A stretch of 64,000 nucleotides of DNA from Octopus vulgaris (lineage: Eukaryota): assembly GCA_951406725.2 (NCBI GenBank), contig OX597824.1, forward strand, positions 98,890,001 to 98,954,000, in the 5' to 3' direction. The notes below the pieces were generated by a model. The model searched no databases, was not told the DNA's origin, and saw only the letters and a list, made by a program, of their open reading frames with translations. A program made the translations under genes and the position numbers. Positions 1 through 13,592 of this stretch are shown here, one piece after another (position 1 is the first letter of the stretch; every line of letters starts with the position of its first letter).

Positions 1-25
1 GTCTTTCATAATGGCTTCTCCAAGC

Positions 26-314
<289 letters not shown>

Positions 315-628
315 CAACGTTATGGAAAAAAAATGGCCTAATTATTGAAAAAGAAAAAGTGTAACACAATTAGATAGAGCAAAAAACGGGCTTTAAAATG
401 ATATATGAAGTCAAAGTAATTTAACGAAAATTAATTTGAAAATACATCATTTAAAACCAAAATTAAAAATCCCGCAAGAACTTTTTGACAGCTCGGGGCC
501 AGCTAGTCACATATATATATATTGAGAAAGAGGAGGCTGTCAGAATTTTGGATAAGTCTTTAACACTTTTGTTTGTTTTTCAAGACAAAATCAAAATCAA
601 AACAGGAAAAACAGAACATTTCGTTGTT

Positions 629-1018
629 CTCTTTACTCTTTTACTTGTTTCACTCATTTGACTGTGGCCAAACACATCGACCACAGGACTTATTCTTTGT
701 AAGCCTAGTACTTATTCTATCGGTCTCTTTTGCGGAATCACTGAGTTACGGGGATGTAAACACACCAGCATCGGTTGTCAAGCTATGTTGGGGGGGAGGG
801 ACAAACACAGAAACACAAACATATACACACACATGCATATATATATATATATACATATGCATGACGGGCTTCTATCAATTTCAATCTATCAAATCCACTC
901 ACAAGGCTTTGGTCGGCCCAAGGCTATAGTAGAAGACACTTGCCCAAGGTGCCACGCACTGAATCCGGAACCATGTGGTTAGGAAGTAAGCTTCTTACCA
1001 CACAGCCACTCCTGCACC
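629..1018 (-). mobile_element. tRNA-derived octopus-type SINE
   Basis: Reverse complement of the consensus ggcgcaggagtggctgtgtggtaag...gactgaaacaagtaaaagag with an internal (TA/TG)n. Confidence 0.9.
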
Positions 1019-1203
1019 TACATGAATCAGGTAGTTTTTTGAATGAATGAATCAGATATTTATTTTTGTTTTGTTTAGAAGGGGAGAATATTGTTTTTGT
1101 TTTTGGGGGGGAAAGGAGGAGAGAGGAGGAAAAGCAAAGAGGGGGAAATAGACAGAGAGAGTGGTTTCAGGACAATCAAGAAAGAAGAGAATAAATAATA
1201 AGG

Positions 1204-1353
<150 letters not shown>

Positions 1354-1569
1354 AACTGAGAGAAAGAAAGAGATTTCTTTTCAATTTGATGTGGCCAATT
1401 CATTGAAATTTCATCACAAAGCATTTTTTTTTCCCTTTCTACTTTCTTTCCATTGTATACCTATCAACATATTTGTAAATAAACACGTTTTCTCAAAAGG
1501 GCTGGTGACCTTTCAAAGATGTCGCTTTTAAGAAGTAGAATGGAAAAAATAAGAAACGGGGAGGGGTGG

Positions 1570-1662
1570 TGCGGTCATCACTGAAAAATTATAAAAAAGA
1601 AGTTCAGTTTCATAGGACTTTGAAATTTGAACTCTTTTTAAAATGTTTCAGTGATGACCGCA
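1570..1662. repeat. 93-bp near-perfect hairpin / inverted repeat
   Basis: tgcggtcatcactgaaa (1570-1586) and tttcagtgatgaccgca (1646-1662) pair perfectly. Pairing continues imperfectly to an ~8-nt loop. Confidence 0.9.
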
Positions 1663-1699
1663 ACTCTTCAAACACTAAACACACATACACCCACACACA

Positions 1700-1904
1700 C
1701 ACCTGTTTGCGTGTGTCGGTTGTAGTGAATGTGGAGTGACGTCACAGCTGACTTCCACCTCAAACACGAAATCCTGTCCAGTCCCATCCCATCCGCCTCA
1801 CCTGTCACTCACACCTGCGAAGACTTCCTCTCTCTGGCAAATTGACTGACGAAACTTTTTTCAAATTTCATTAACGGTAGCGCATTTACAGACCTCAAGT
1901 AAGT
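1700..1904 (+). promoter_or_regulatory. Candidate distal promoter and non-coding first exon: palindromic CRE, E-box cluster and 5' splice site
   Basis: TGACGTCA at 1737-1744, CAGCTG at 1745, several CACCTG in 1700-1818, local CpG enrichment, and donor GTAAGT at 1899. Confidence 0.5.
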
Positions 1905-1924
1905 AAACAATCCATCTCTCTTCC

Positions 1925-1968
<44 letters not shown>

Positions 1969-2133
1969 AAGAGCTAAGTAAGTGTAATGCCGTGTCTATT
2001 TGCTCTGTCCGTTCTCTATTGTTTCATGGTGACTTAATCTGACATATTAAGCTTTGTTTCAGAAACAAAGTATTTTGCTGTCCTTAAAAAGTCTACCTTC
2101 AGCTTCACTGAAATCGGACCATGTGTATATATA

Positions 2134-2169
<36 letters not shown>

Positions 2170-2846
2170 AGCAGAAATGCCTCGCTAAAACCTTACCTAA
2201 CTTACTTTCAGATATTTTCTATAGTTAGTTGTTAGTTATATAGCACGTACGCACATTGGTAGACTACAGACACACAGATATGTAATTTAACTACACACCT
2301 GCACACGTATTCATTCACCTGTAAAGAATGTGAGGTTAACGGAGGCCGTGATGGTGGCCAGGTGTAAGGAGCGACTATTATTGCTCTGAATTGACACACT
2401 TTCATTCTGCCTTTCTGTTATTCACATATTGTAACGTTGTCTTCTTTTCCAGTAGATACAACATTATTATCAATGATGTTGATATCACAACACAATATAC
2501 TTTTGATATAACTTCGTTGGATTGGGTTTCTCATTAACAATAGAAAACTTCCGTTTATTACATACCGTATCATTTATTAACACACACAAATATACACAAT
2601 ATATTTACTATACACTCACATATAGTATACATATACACAGTGTGTATGTATATATATACACACACATGTCGCTATTTCTGTCAGATTTCAAATGTCCTTT
2701 TTGATGAAAGTGGACAAACCAGTCCATTATATTTACCTGTCGCTCTGCTGTCCATATAAATAGATGTATATATATATAATGTCTGTATAAACAGTTGAAG
2801 CTGTCCCTTATCCGGTAGACCTACCAACAAAGTCTGCCAATGACCA

Positions 2847-3185
2847 GGCGCAGGAGTGGCTTGCTTACCAACCTCATGGTTCCGGGTTCAGTCCCACTGC
2901 GTGGCACCTAGGGCCTCGGACCGACCAAAGCCTTGTGAATGGATTTGGTAGACGGAAACTGAAAGAAGCCTGTTGTAAATGTATATATATATGTGTGTGT
3001 GTGTCAGTGTTTGTCCCCATCATCGCTTGATTAGCTATGTTGGTGTGTTTACGTCCAAGTAACTTAGTGGTTCGGCATAAAAGACCGACAGAATAAGTAC
3101 TAGGCTTACAAAGAATAAGTCCTGGGCTTGATTTGTTCAACTAAAGGTGGAGCTCCAGCATGGCCGCAGTCAACTGACTAAAACA
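2847..3185 (+). mobile_element. tRNA-derived SINE (internal deletions)
   Basis: Same consensus as 14095-14503. Confidence 0.88.
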
Positions 3186-5583
3186 AAAAATTAAAAGGTG
3201 ACCACATTGTAGTTTTCTCTCTCTTTTTTTTTTTTTTTTTTGTTAGGCAGGAGAAAGTGATTTCTGTGAGATTTCACTACTGTTTCTAGCAGGTCAGCCG
3301 ACCATTTAATGACTTCCTCGTTAGTTTGGAGGGCTTTTGATATGTATTTGTCACCTGAAATTGCGTCCCACGCAGAATATTTCAGCATTTGGGTTGAGGA
3401 TGGGAGTGAACCCTTGCCAGAGTATTTTGCCAATTTAAGAGAGAGGTGGCAGGGAGCTACATGGTTGTTTGATCTTCCAGAAATGGCAGTCAAATATTTT
3501 GAAACCTCAGTTACATCTTTTAAAAAGAGGAAGGACAAACATATTGGATATTAATAACCTTAGATATACACTACCCAGAAGAAAGACAGGGTGGTCACAG
3601 TTGGAATGTATTTTCCTAAATCTGCAGTCATCTCTAATAGAGAGCCAGGCAACAACTTGTATCAGTTTTAGGGGTTTTAAGCCAGTTTTAGGAGTTTTAA
3701 GCATGGACCTGAGAGGTTGCTTGGAGTAAAAATGTAAACATCATCAGGTATTTGAAGAATTATTGTTTTGGTTGGGAGGGGGGCATTGTACAGTGATAGG
3801 ATTGAGTGTTGCAGGAATTGCCCTGCAGGGTCATAGATAGACATGGCAGGGTGGCCAAGAAGTTTGTGATAATGAAGTCCTGGGTTCAATCTCATCCTGT
3901 AGCAGTTGGGGGCAAGTATTTTGTACGAGAGCATTGTGAAGGAGACTGTGAACAACAACAAATGGAGTGGATTTGTGATTCAAAGAGTCCAGGGTTTGTT
4001 AAGTTTATTCTGTCCGAGAATTATATTATGGATACAAATGTCTGTGGAATACTCAACCACTGATACTCTTGTTTAAGGATTTGGTTGTTCTGCCTACAGG
4101 TTAATAGTAAAAGGACTGGTGTGGTTGGCCATGTGAATAGTTGACATCTTTCAAATTTATTGATGTTGACAAAGAATGAAAGGAAAAATGGCCTTCATCT
4201 GCAAGTTGTGTTTCATTGACCCTGAAGGGATGAAAAGCAGAGTGAGCCACAGTGAGATTTGAACTGAAAACCCATGGTCATTCTATATTCAGCATTCTGG
4301 TGACTCTGCTTGACTCAATACTTTTTCTGTTGGATGACTTGGAATTATCACCATCCAAATTGATGGATGGCAAGGGTCTCCATCCAAATTGATGGAGAAC
4401 CATTTAACATATTGTGACTTACCCCTACCATTGTAAGTTCAAAACCCACCAGAGTCAACAGAGTTTGTCTACCTAGGAATGATGAAGGACAAAGCACATC
4501 ATTTACTTAAGGATCCCTCACAACTGGTTGCTACCCCTCCCCTCCAAATATATTTATGGTGTTGTATCTGTTTTAGAAATCCTTGTTGTACTACAGTGGT
4601 GTGTCCATTAAACTTCAAATTCTGCCAAGGTTGACTTAGCCTTTCTTCCATCCAGAATGGGTATCACTTATGAAATTGGGAGTAAACCAACAGGGCCCTT
4701 CTTCCAAATGTAGGATCATAGATATGGTTAGATTGGCACCATGACTAATAGCTGCATAGGGAACCTCTACATGCTTACTTTACTTGCTAGAAATAGCAAC
4801 TAAATCGCTCTCAAATCACAATGTGAGGCTGTGCAATTTTTTACTATTACACTTGCTTCCAATCTCCAATCAATGGACTTTCAGAATACCTATTCCCTAC
4901 CCCATGGCGATGGATAAGGCCAAGAAATTGAGGGGTTGTTTCTTTTGGTGAAACAATTTTTTGTTCTTTTCCTGTAAATTTTTACTCTTACACCTGTCAC
5001 ACAAGACAGGTGTAAGAGTAAAAAAGTATCAAAACAAGGAACATATTGGATTGTAGAATAGGGTACACTATGCCAAGCAAAAGAGATGGTCATGGCTAGA
5101 AGGCTTTTGATCATAGTTCTGCTTAATCAGTTTTATTCTGGAGCTAATCAACAACATTCATTTAGATTTCCAAGAAACCCCTGTTAATATTGCCCCTATC
5201 ACTGCCCATACACTAAACTGTATCAAAAATAGAGGAATGTGTCCTAGTTTTGGATGTTCAACCCTAGGTTATCCCCGACCAGGCACACTTATGATTAAAA
5301 GTTTCCTCTCTTAACATCCTGTCTGTTTATTCAAACATAGTGTACCTAAGAGTACATTTTCTATTTTGTCCTTCATATTTTAAGACTGTAAGTTTCGAGT
5401 TGAAGTGAATTAGGCTGCTATCTCTAGCACAACGAATGATCAGGAGAAGGTGCGTTGGCCAGTCTGACCTACTTTACGAGTGGTAGATTGAAAACACAAA
5501 AGATAAACATAGGGCTTATCTCCATGACTGGAATAGGAGAGGATGGGGGGGGGGGGGGAAGAATGTTTTACAGGTATGCATGC

Positions 5584-5618
<35 letters not shown>

Positions 5619-5764
5619 CATGACCTTGTGTAGCCATGATAGTATGGATGTGTGAATGTAATAACATGTGTGGGACAGTGTAGTGTGTGATTTGTAGAAG
5701 TAAACATTGTTAATTAATAATTAATTGCTCTGTTTCTAATGAAAGGCTCAACATCAGTGGTTAT

Positions 5765-6142
5765 CTTATTTATTCCACTCTTAGACTGCGGCCATGCTGG
5801 AGCACGACGTTGAAGAGGTGTTTTTTTTTGTTTTTTTTTTAGTCAAATGGATCAACTTCAGTACTTGGTTTGTGTAAGCTTGGTGCTTATTCTGTTGGTG
5901 TCTTTTGCTGAACTGCTAAGTTACAGTCATATAAATACACCAGAACCAGTTCTCAAGCAGTGCTGGAGGGACACACACACACATACGACAGGCTTCTTTC
6001 AGTTTTCATCTACCAAATCAACTCACAAGGTTTTGATCAGCCTAAGGCCATAGTAGGAGACACTTGGCCTAGGTGCCACACAGTGGCACCAAGCCTTGTG
6101 GTTGAGAAGCAAGCTTCTTACCTCACAGCCACACCTGTGCCT
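5765..6142 (-). mobile_element. tRNA-derived SINE (diverged)
   Basis: Same consensus, reverse strand. Confidence 0.85.
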
Positions 6143-6189
6143 CCTATGGCTTATTTTTCAGTTGCAATTACTACAGATTCTACAATCCA

Positions 6190-8610
6190 CCCTTCCTAAC
6201 GCCAACCACTCCACGAGTGTAGTGGGTGCTTTTTACATGCCACTGGTACAGGTACCAGTGGAGTCTGGCAATGGCCACGATCAGTTAGTGCTTTTTACGT
6301 GCCACCGGCACCGAAGCCAGTCAAGGTGGTGCTGGTATCGGCCATGTTTGGACGGTACTTTTTATGTGCCACCTGCACAGGTATCACAACTACAATTTCC
6401 ATTTGATTTTATTTTGATGTTGATGTACTTGACTCAATAGGTCTCCTCAAGCATGGCAGGTTGCCCTATGATCCAAGGTAAGCACAACAGGCCGTCCTGT
6501 GATCCAAGGTACTTTGGATGGGCTGGGGCTGCTATGTAAAGTTGGTGCAGGAAACAGCCATGGACTCACATTATTTGTCGGGTCTTCGCAGTCACAACAT
6601 ATCTCCAGAGGCCTCAGTCTTTCGTCATTGCCTCTGTGATACCCAACATTTGAAGGTTGTGCTTCACCACCTCATCCCATATCTTCCTGGGTTTCCCTCT
6701 ACCTCGGATTCCTTCAACTGTTTGAGAGTGGCACTTCTTCACACAGCTCTCCTCATCCATCCATAGTACATGACCATACCACGCCACATCCGATGCTTCT
6801 TATGTCCAGCATTTCTCTCAGGGTGCTTACACTCTGTCGTGTGTGCACACTGACATTACACATCCAGCAGATCATGCTAGCTTCATTTCTTTCAAGCCTA
6901 CATGTCCTCCGCAGTCACAGCCCATGTTTCACTACCGTGAAGCCTGGCAGTTCGCACACATGCGTCGTACAATCTACCTTTCACTCTGAGTGAGAGACTC
7001 TTTGTCACCAGTAGGGGTAGGAGCTTTCTAAACTTTGCCCAGGCTATTCGTATTCTAGTGGTAACACTCTCTGAGCATCCATCCCAACTACTAACTTGGT
7101 CACCTAGGTAGTGGAAACTATCAACTACTTCTAATTTCTCCTCCAGGAGTGTAATGGAATCTGTTTTCTGAGTATCAATGGTTTCTATTACCCCTGTTAA
7201 TCTGCCACACACGAAAGCTATCTTCTCGGTTAATTTTCCTTTGATGTTGTTGCACCTCTTATGTGTCCATAGCTTACACTGAGTACATCTTATGGAGTTT
7301 CTACTTACACCTTTTCTACAGATCGAGCAGGACCACCTACATGAAGGGGTGTGTGGTGTGTTTGCCTTCCTACTTACTAGAACTTTGGTCTTTGCTTCAT
7401 TGACTCTAAGGCCTTTTGATTCTAAACCTAGCTCCCACACCAGAAATTTCTTTCCGGTAGTGATTCTGTTATGAGGGCCAGGTCATCAGCATAGAGGAGC
7501 TCCCAGGGGCAACCCGTTTTGAATTCCTCTGTTATTGCCTGGAGGACTATGATGAATAAAAGGGGAATGAGGGTTGAACCTTGGTGGACGCCTACTTCTA
7601 CCCGGAATTCTTTACTATACTCATTGCCAATCCTAACCTTACTAATGGCCTCTCTGTATAGGGCCTGTACAGCCCTTATTAACCACTTGTCAATCTCCAG
7701 TTTCCACATCGCCCACCAGATAAGGGATCGGGGGACCTTGTGAAAGCCTTTCTCCAAGTCCATAAAAGCTATGTAGAGGGTTTTATCTTTAGCTAGGTAT
7801 TTTTCCTGCAGTTGTCAAACCAGGAATATGGCATCATTGGTGCTTCTACCCGGCACAAAACCAAACTGCATCTCATCTAAGCAAATTCTCTCCCTAATGA
7901 AATGGGCTATGACCCTCTCTGTGACCTCCATCACCTGATCCAACAGTTTAATACCCCTGTAGTTATTTCTATCTAGAGCAATGCTTTTCAACCTTTTTGC
8001 TGGAGCGGAACCCCAAGAAAACATTTCACTGGCTCGAGGAACCTCTGTGCAATAATTTGTCTAATGCACACATATCTGCACAGGAGAATTAAAAATTACT
8101 GTCGATTTTAGCATTTGTGTAACTACTTGCGGAACCCGTGGACTGTACTGGCGGAACCCTGGTTGAAAACCACTGATCTAGAGCATCACCTTTACCCTTG
8201 TAGCAGTTGACTATGGTGCTGCTACGCCAGTCATTGGGTATGACTCCTTCATGAACTACCTGGTTTACAACGCGGGTGACTAGGACATAGCCCACACCAC
8301 CAGATGTTTTAAGCATCTCAGCAGTGATTCCTGATGGGCCGGGGGCTTTTCCTGATTTCATACCCTTAATTGCTTTATCTACTAGGGAGCTGTCTATTGG
8401 GATAGCTGGTCCCTCTACTGGGTCAACATTTGGCAGGCTCTCCTCCTCCCATTCATTTTCCACATTCAGCAGTCTCTCATAATGGCTTCTCCAAGCCTTT
8501 TTCTTTTCAGAAACATTGAAAGCAAGTGCACCATCATCCATGCGGACGCATTTCTCTCTTGTGACATCACTATTTTCTCTCACACACTGTCCAGCAACCG
8601 AAATATCTCA
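6190..8610 (-). mobile_element. 5'-truncated RTE-clade LINE (RT and PHD-like region, repetitive 3' UTR), frameshifted
   Basis: ORF pieces with GKAPGPSGITAEMLK, QFGFVPGRST, GVHQGS, ELLYADDL, CSICRKGV...CTQCKLWTHKRC and HGSETW. Confidence 0.93.
7979..8175. mobile_element. hAT (Charlie-type) MITE inserted in the RTE ORF
   Basis: TIRs caatgcttttcaacc / ggttgaaaaccactg (13/15 match). Exact 8-bp TSD ATCTAGAG at 7971-7978 and 8176-8183. Confidence 0.92.
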
Positions 8611-9530
8611 TTTATAGAAAATAACATTTGACCAAGATGTCTCCCAAGCCATTTGCTTCTACCTATTCCTAGATTTACTTATCCATCTGCTCAGTTCATG
8701 TCATGATCCTAGGTGAGACACACACGTTCACTCGAGCTGCTAAAAATAGCAGCTAAATATTTCTCAAATACCTTCTGTCTTACAAAAAGGAAGAACATAG
8801 TTCTATAAAGTAGACCTATACCTGAAAGGAAGACAAGACGTCCAACAAAGATGGCAAAGTCTTTGATTTTCTTGAGGGATTGCACCAAAAAAGTAAAACA
8901 AGTCAATTAAAGAAGAATTTAGTACATTTATCGAGGAGAGACTGTTAAGGGTTGCCAGAAAGATGCTTGAGGTCTGTGTGTGGCCCTGGGAGCCACTACT
9001 CTTCTTCATATTATTCCCTCTTCATAAAAGACTGCAAAGAAAATGATTCTGTGACTTGGTTGCCAACTTGGTTCCACTGGATAAAAGTGAAAAAATGTCA
9101 TCACAGGAACGCATGGAGACTTTTTAACATTTCATAGAAAACGGATGAGAAATCTGGTGACTGGAATTGTTTCTGGACAGTTTCTTGTCAACCCAGTACA
9201 ACTTTGATCTTTGGTTATATTATTCTGTTGGGGTACTGTATGGAGGGTCAATAAGGAGTAGAAGGTCAGCCGGTACATCTGTCTGGAAAGGGCAGAAGGT
9301 CAAAGAGGGGTATGTGAATATCTCCCTCGAAAACAAACAAACAAAAAACCCCATGAGGTGGGTGGGGTGGCTTTGAATTTCTCTCCCTACCAATCTTTTG
9401 GGCCTGGAAGCAATCTTGGGTTTCACTTTGGAACATTTCTGAAGGCTCCTCTCCCAGCAAGAATATCTGTTTATTTGACCAGGTCATTACATCTGTCTAT
9501 CGATTGGGTGAAATCTCTGATAAGGTCACC

Positions 9531-9571
<41 letters not shown>

Positions 9572-9574
9572 ATG

Positions 9575-9732
9575 TTCAGGTTGACTGTGTGGTAAGAAGC
9601 TTGCTTCCCAACCACATGGCTCTGGGTTCAGTCTCACTGTGTGGCACCTTGGGCAAGTGTCTCCTTATTATAGCCTCACGCTGATCAAAGCCTTGCAAGT
9701 GGATTTTGTAGATGGAAACTGAAAAAAAGCCT

Positions 9733-9736
<4 letters not shown>
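9575..9736 (+). mobile_element. SINE 5' half
   Basis: tgtgtggtaagaagcttgcttcccaaccac...ggaaactgaaaaaaagcc followed by (TA)n. Confidence 0.85.
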
Positions 9737-9794
<58 letters not shown>

Positions 9795-9854
9795 AATGCA
9801 AGCACATAAATGTGAAACAAGGTTCGAAAAATAGCAGAGATAGAGTAATATGTT

Positions 9855-9997
9855 TTATTATTAAAGCTGCAAAAACATCACAAAAATCTGCTACTCAGAG
9901 TTTCACATTCCTGTTCTTAGTCTAAATTGTCCAACAAATAGGAACGTGAAACTCTGAGTAGCAGATTTTTGTGATATTTTTGCAATTTTAATAATAA
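9855..9997. repeat. Long imperfect palindrome with decayed hammerhead-like arms (Penelope-like remnant)
   Basis: ~60-bp arms (..aaaaatctgctactcagagtttcac.. / ..gtgaaactctgagtagcagattttt..). Each arm reads GAAAC-tctga-GTA; the CTGANGA half is degraded. Confidence 0.6.
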
Positions 9998-10594
9998 TAA
10001 TAATAATAATGTGTGTGTGTGTGTGAAGCATTCCATTATCCAAGCTTTTTCTGTTGTTTTTTTTTTAGTTATTCTTTAGTTAATGTTGTTTGTGATACAC
10101 TGAACCTTTCGCCACTTTCTCTGGTTATTCAAATCATTTTTTGTTTTGTTATTTTTACATTTGTTGTTCCTAACACTGTGTACACAAACACACACCCATC
10201 CCATTGTATTTAAGTCCTTTCAGATTGTCACAATATCCTCCAGTTTTTCTCAGCAAACCACTCCCTTGTTATTTTAATGACAGCTTACTCAGGTTATGTC
10301 TAAACAAATATCTTATATCCTCTTTAGCCTTGCTCTCCTCTCTAATCTCTATCTCAAACCATATCCAGCTCTCCCCTAAAATGCTGAAAAATTCCTTAAG
10401 ACATACCACAAAATACCTTGGAACTTTTAGATCTGGCTTTCACATTCTGAATTCAGATCCAGCAGAGCTTGGTCAAAAATTAAAATACCATCCAAATACT
10501 CAGATTAATATATATAATTAACTACACAATATAATTAATATAGTTGATATAATTAACTATACTCCATCTCTAAATTTGGGATCCTGATGAAAAC

Positions 10595-11158
10595 ATTATT
10601 ATTATTATTCATTTGGTAGTTTCAGGCAAATTTCTACTCCATCACCTGCTGCACTTCCGTACTGCTGGAGTGCATACAGTAATGTGTGTTCTTTTTTTGT
10701 TGTTGGGAGTGTACAAACTCTTCCGGTATTGTATCTGTTGTTTTCTTTTTTTTATTTTAGGTGTGGTGTATTCTATTGCTGTGTTACTGTTTGTATTGTG
10801 TTGTGTATGTAATGCGTTGGGTACCTAGCTTGCTGGTGGAAGTTTATTTCAGTGGATAATTGCTGTATAGAGAGTCTCTTGTATTTGTGGATTGTTTTGT
10901 TTAGGTTGTATAACTGGATAGTATCTTGCGTAGGGTGTCGGCTGTTCCTAGCAGGGTTAGTTTTGTGATAGTGTGTAGTGTTGAGGGTCCAGGTTTTGGT
11001 TCATGTTTTTATCATGCCCAATGCACCGACTATTACTGGTATTGTTTTTACCTTCATGCCCCACATCTTGAATACTTCAGTTACAAGGTCTTTGTACTTT
11101 GACAATTTCACCACTTCTTTTTGGACAATCTTTTGGTCAGACGGGACTGCAGGTACTT
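10595..11158 (-). mobile_element. 3' end of an R4/Dong-like RLE non-LTR retrotransposon ending in (TAA)n
   Basis: - strand reads AVPSDQKIVQKEVVKLSKYKDLVTEVFKMWGMKVKTIPVIVGALG...LLGTADTLRKILS (restriction-like endonuclease C-terminus), then a 3' UTR and aataataataat. Confidence 0.85.
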
Positions 11159-11603
11159 TATTTCCTGTAAGCAGGTGTTGTTGTTGTTATTATTATTATT
11201 ATTACTGCTACTACTACTACTGCTTTGTTTTATATGAGCTGTTCCAAATTCCTTCCCTAGACAGCCGGTCATTTTAATACGGGTGTTATTTATAATTAAC
11301 AATGATAGATTATATGGGAAGGAGATCAGAATTGGAGAACGAAAATTGCTAAACTTCAGTTTTGAAAGGGTTTCAAGAGAATCAGGTGTTTTCAAGTTGA
11401 CAATGTACATCGGTACTACATTGGTACTACAGACTAAAAGGGAGGGGAACATCAGTCCAGTGAAGCTGATGGTCTATAGGTACGACACTAAGGTTAGGTT
11501 ATGTTAGCAGTGGCTAATATCAACAATTTCATTACGAAAGACAGAGGAATAAATAGAGTACTGTGCTTTTAATCAAGCCCACTATCCAACCTGACAGTGT
11601 CAA

Positions 11604-11691
11604 ACACCTGTAAATATACACTGTTTACACCTGTAAATATACACTCTTTACACCTGTAAATATACACTCTTTACACCTGTAAATAAACACT
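11604..11691 (+). repeat. 23-bp minisatellite, 4 copies, each containing CACCTG
   Basis: Unit acacctgtaaatatacact(g/c)ttt. Confidence 0.9.
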
Positions 11692-12558
11692 ATAATACAG
11701 GAAATTCAACATTTTAAATTTAAAATCAAACTCCAGATTTTGTCTGCTGCTTCTGAAATCTGTTGAAGTCCGTAGTACCGAGGTATGAGTGTCTTGTTAT
11801 CATTATGGCACCTCAATTGCTGGCCTTGTGTCTAAACAAAATTAGAACTATCATCATCATCATTGTCATGACAAACATTGTCAACTCACCAACCTTAGCT
11901 GCAGCTCTGAGAATTTTCACTGAATATGACCCCGCATCCCCTCTTGACAGGAGTTTGAAAATGGATAGGGTGGGGGGCGACCGGTAATTTTTTGATTTTG
12001 AATTAGTGGTAACAAGTTTTTGATTTCAATTAAAAATAATGCCGAATAAAAGCATAATAATAATGTTCACAAGACAAAAAGAGGAGGAGGAGAGACAGTG
12101 TTTGTCTCTTGGCAGCTGCTGTTGAAGATATGAATACACTTGAAGATGAAATTTATATGATCATCAGTAATGACTAGAAAATCATTAATGAATATCAGAA
12201 TTAATATGAAGAAATTAAATACAACAACAACAACACAAGCAACCCCAGCATGACCACCACCACCACCACCACTTACATTCCCAACAAAGTTGAGTGCATT
12301 TGTGAATATCACACAACAACAGTTGAATATGACCTTGATGGTGAGTTCTTTCCTTGAGAAGAATAAATTTTCTATCCATTCCAGGAGGAGGGAAAGATTA
12401 GAAGTGGACAATCTCATCCCAGTAGGATAGGGAAAATGCTTGAGAGATGTCTGCAGTCTAAGGAAAAGAAGCCAGTTGACCCTCAGCCTCAGTGAAGGCA
12501 GCAGAGGTTGAGGCAACAGCCACAAATACATACTCTTTGGATGAATATTTATTTATAT

Positions 12559-12855
12559 CAGGGGTTCTCAAACATTTTTCACCTTTGAAACCCCTTTCAT
12601 TACTATTTTACTCTGATGGGCCCCTACTGCCATTCAATGTCTAAAACCTAGTTTTTTAGAAATTTCCTTCAAAATTCCTATTTTGTTTTTCTCACATTAA
12701 CTTTTCGTAGGTTGAACTGAGTAAAATGTTGGAGGAAGAAACCCAACTGTTTCTTGCAATACACACCAATACATACATCTAAAGCAAACTTTTTTCAGGG
12801 GCCCTTAAAATACCCTTGTGGATCTCCAGTTTACTATTTTGTTGCATGGACCCTG
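12559..12855. mobile_element. hAT MITE fragment (left end only)
   Basis: Begins CAGGGGTTCTCAAAC with internal gggcccc/ggacccc motifs like the other hAT MITEs. The right TIR is not seen. Confidence 0.55.
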
Positions 12856-13592
12856 ATTTAGATCAACGTATCTGGGGAGATGTAGATACGAATGAATGTA
12901 ATCTTTCAAACATACTAAGAGAGTTGACTACTAAATAAGTCACCAAGATATTGGACTGGTTTGGCAAAATAATTTCCCCAAGATCAAGCTCCCTTCCTCA
13001 GAAGAACTAATCAGGGGTCAAAATGGAGTTGGAGATGCTGCTGACACATGAAAGGTTTCAGAGGATCTTCAATCTAATCTATATTGAAATTTTAAAAATA
13101 CCAGGAGAACCAGGTGTTGCTTATGTGGGAGCACCAATCATCAAAAAGCTTTCTACCTTCTGGCAAAGGGGCTAAAATCCCCTTTCCATAACAGCAACTA
13201 TTGCCAAGGCAGCAAAGAGGTTTACTGCCATCACCCTCAAAAGACAAAGTCTCATAACGGTGCTCTTCTCCTCAAACTGACAACTTCCTGACACATGTGA
13301 CAAAAACCTACATGAATCACTCTTCATCTCCCTCTGATTATCCAGGTCGGAACATGGCAAATAGTCATCAGAAGGATCAACAAAAGGAAAATACCATAGC
13401 CCTGTTACCACAACCTTCCTTCTCCCTAGAAAAGTGAACAGAATACCAGCCAAATTGTCAGAAATTGGCACAAACTTTAGAAGGGACAACAAAACCAGTC
13501 CAACTCTCAAGCAACAAACCCCATCCACTTCATCATTATAAATATAAACACACACACACACACACTTTAATACACACATACTTTAAATATAT

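Noticed and set aside
319-508. Non-autonomous Helitron 3' end (..cggggccagCTAG|T)
   Set aside because: The terminal CTAGT is suggestive, but the subterminal hairpin is weak and no 5' end is identifiable.
3560-4130. LINE endonuclease remnant on the - strand
   Set aside because: Too decayed to assign to a family by eye.
12067-13579. ORFs 12067-12531 and 13172-13579
   Set aside because: No recognisable domain or splice support; probably antisense frames of decayed repeats.
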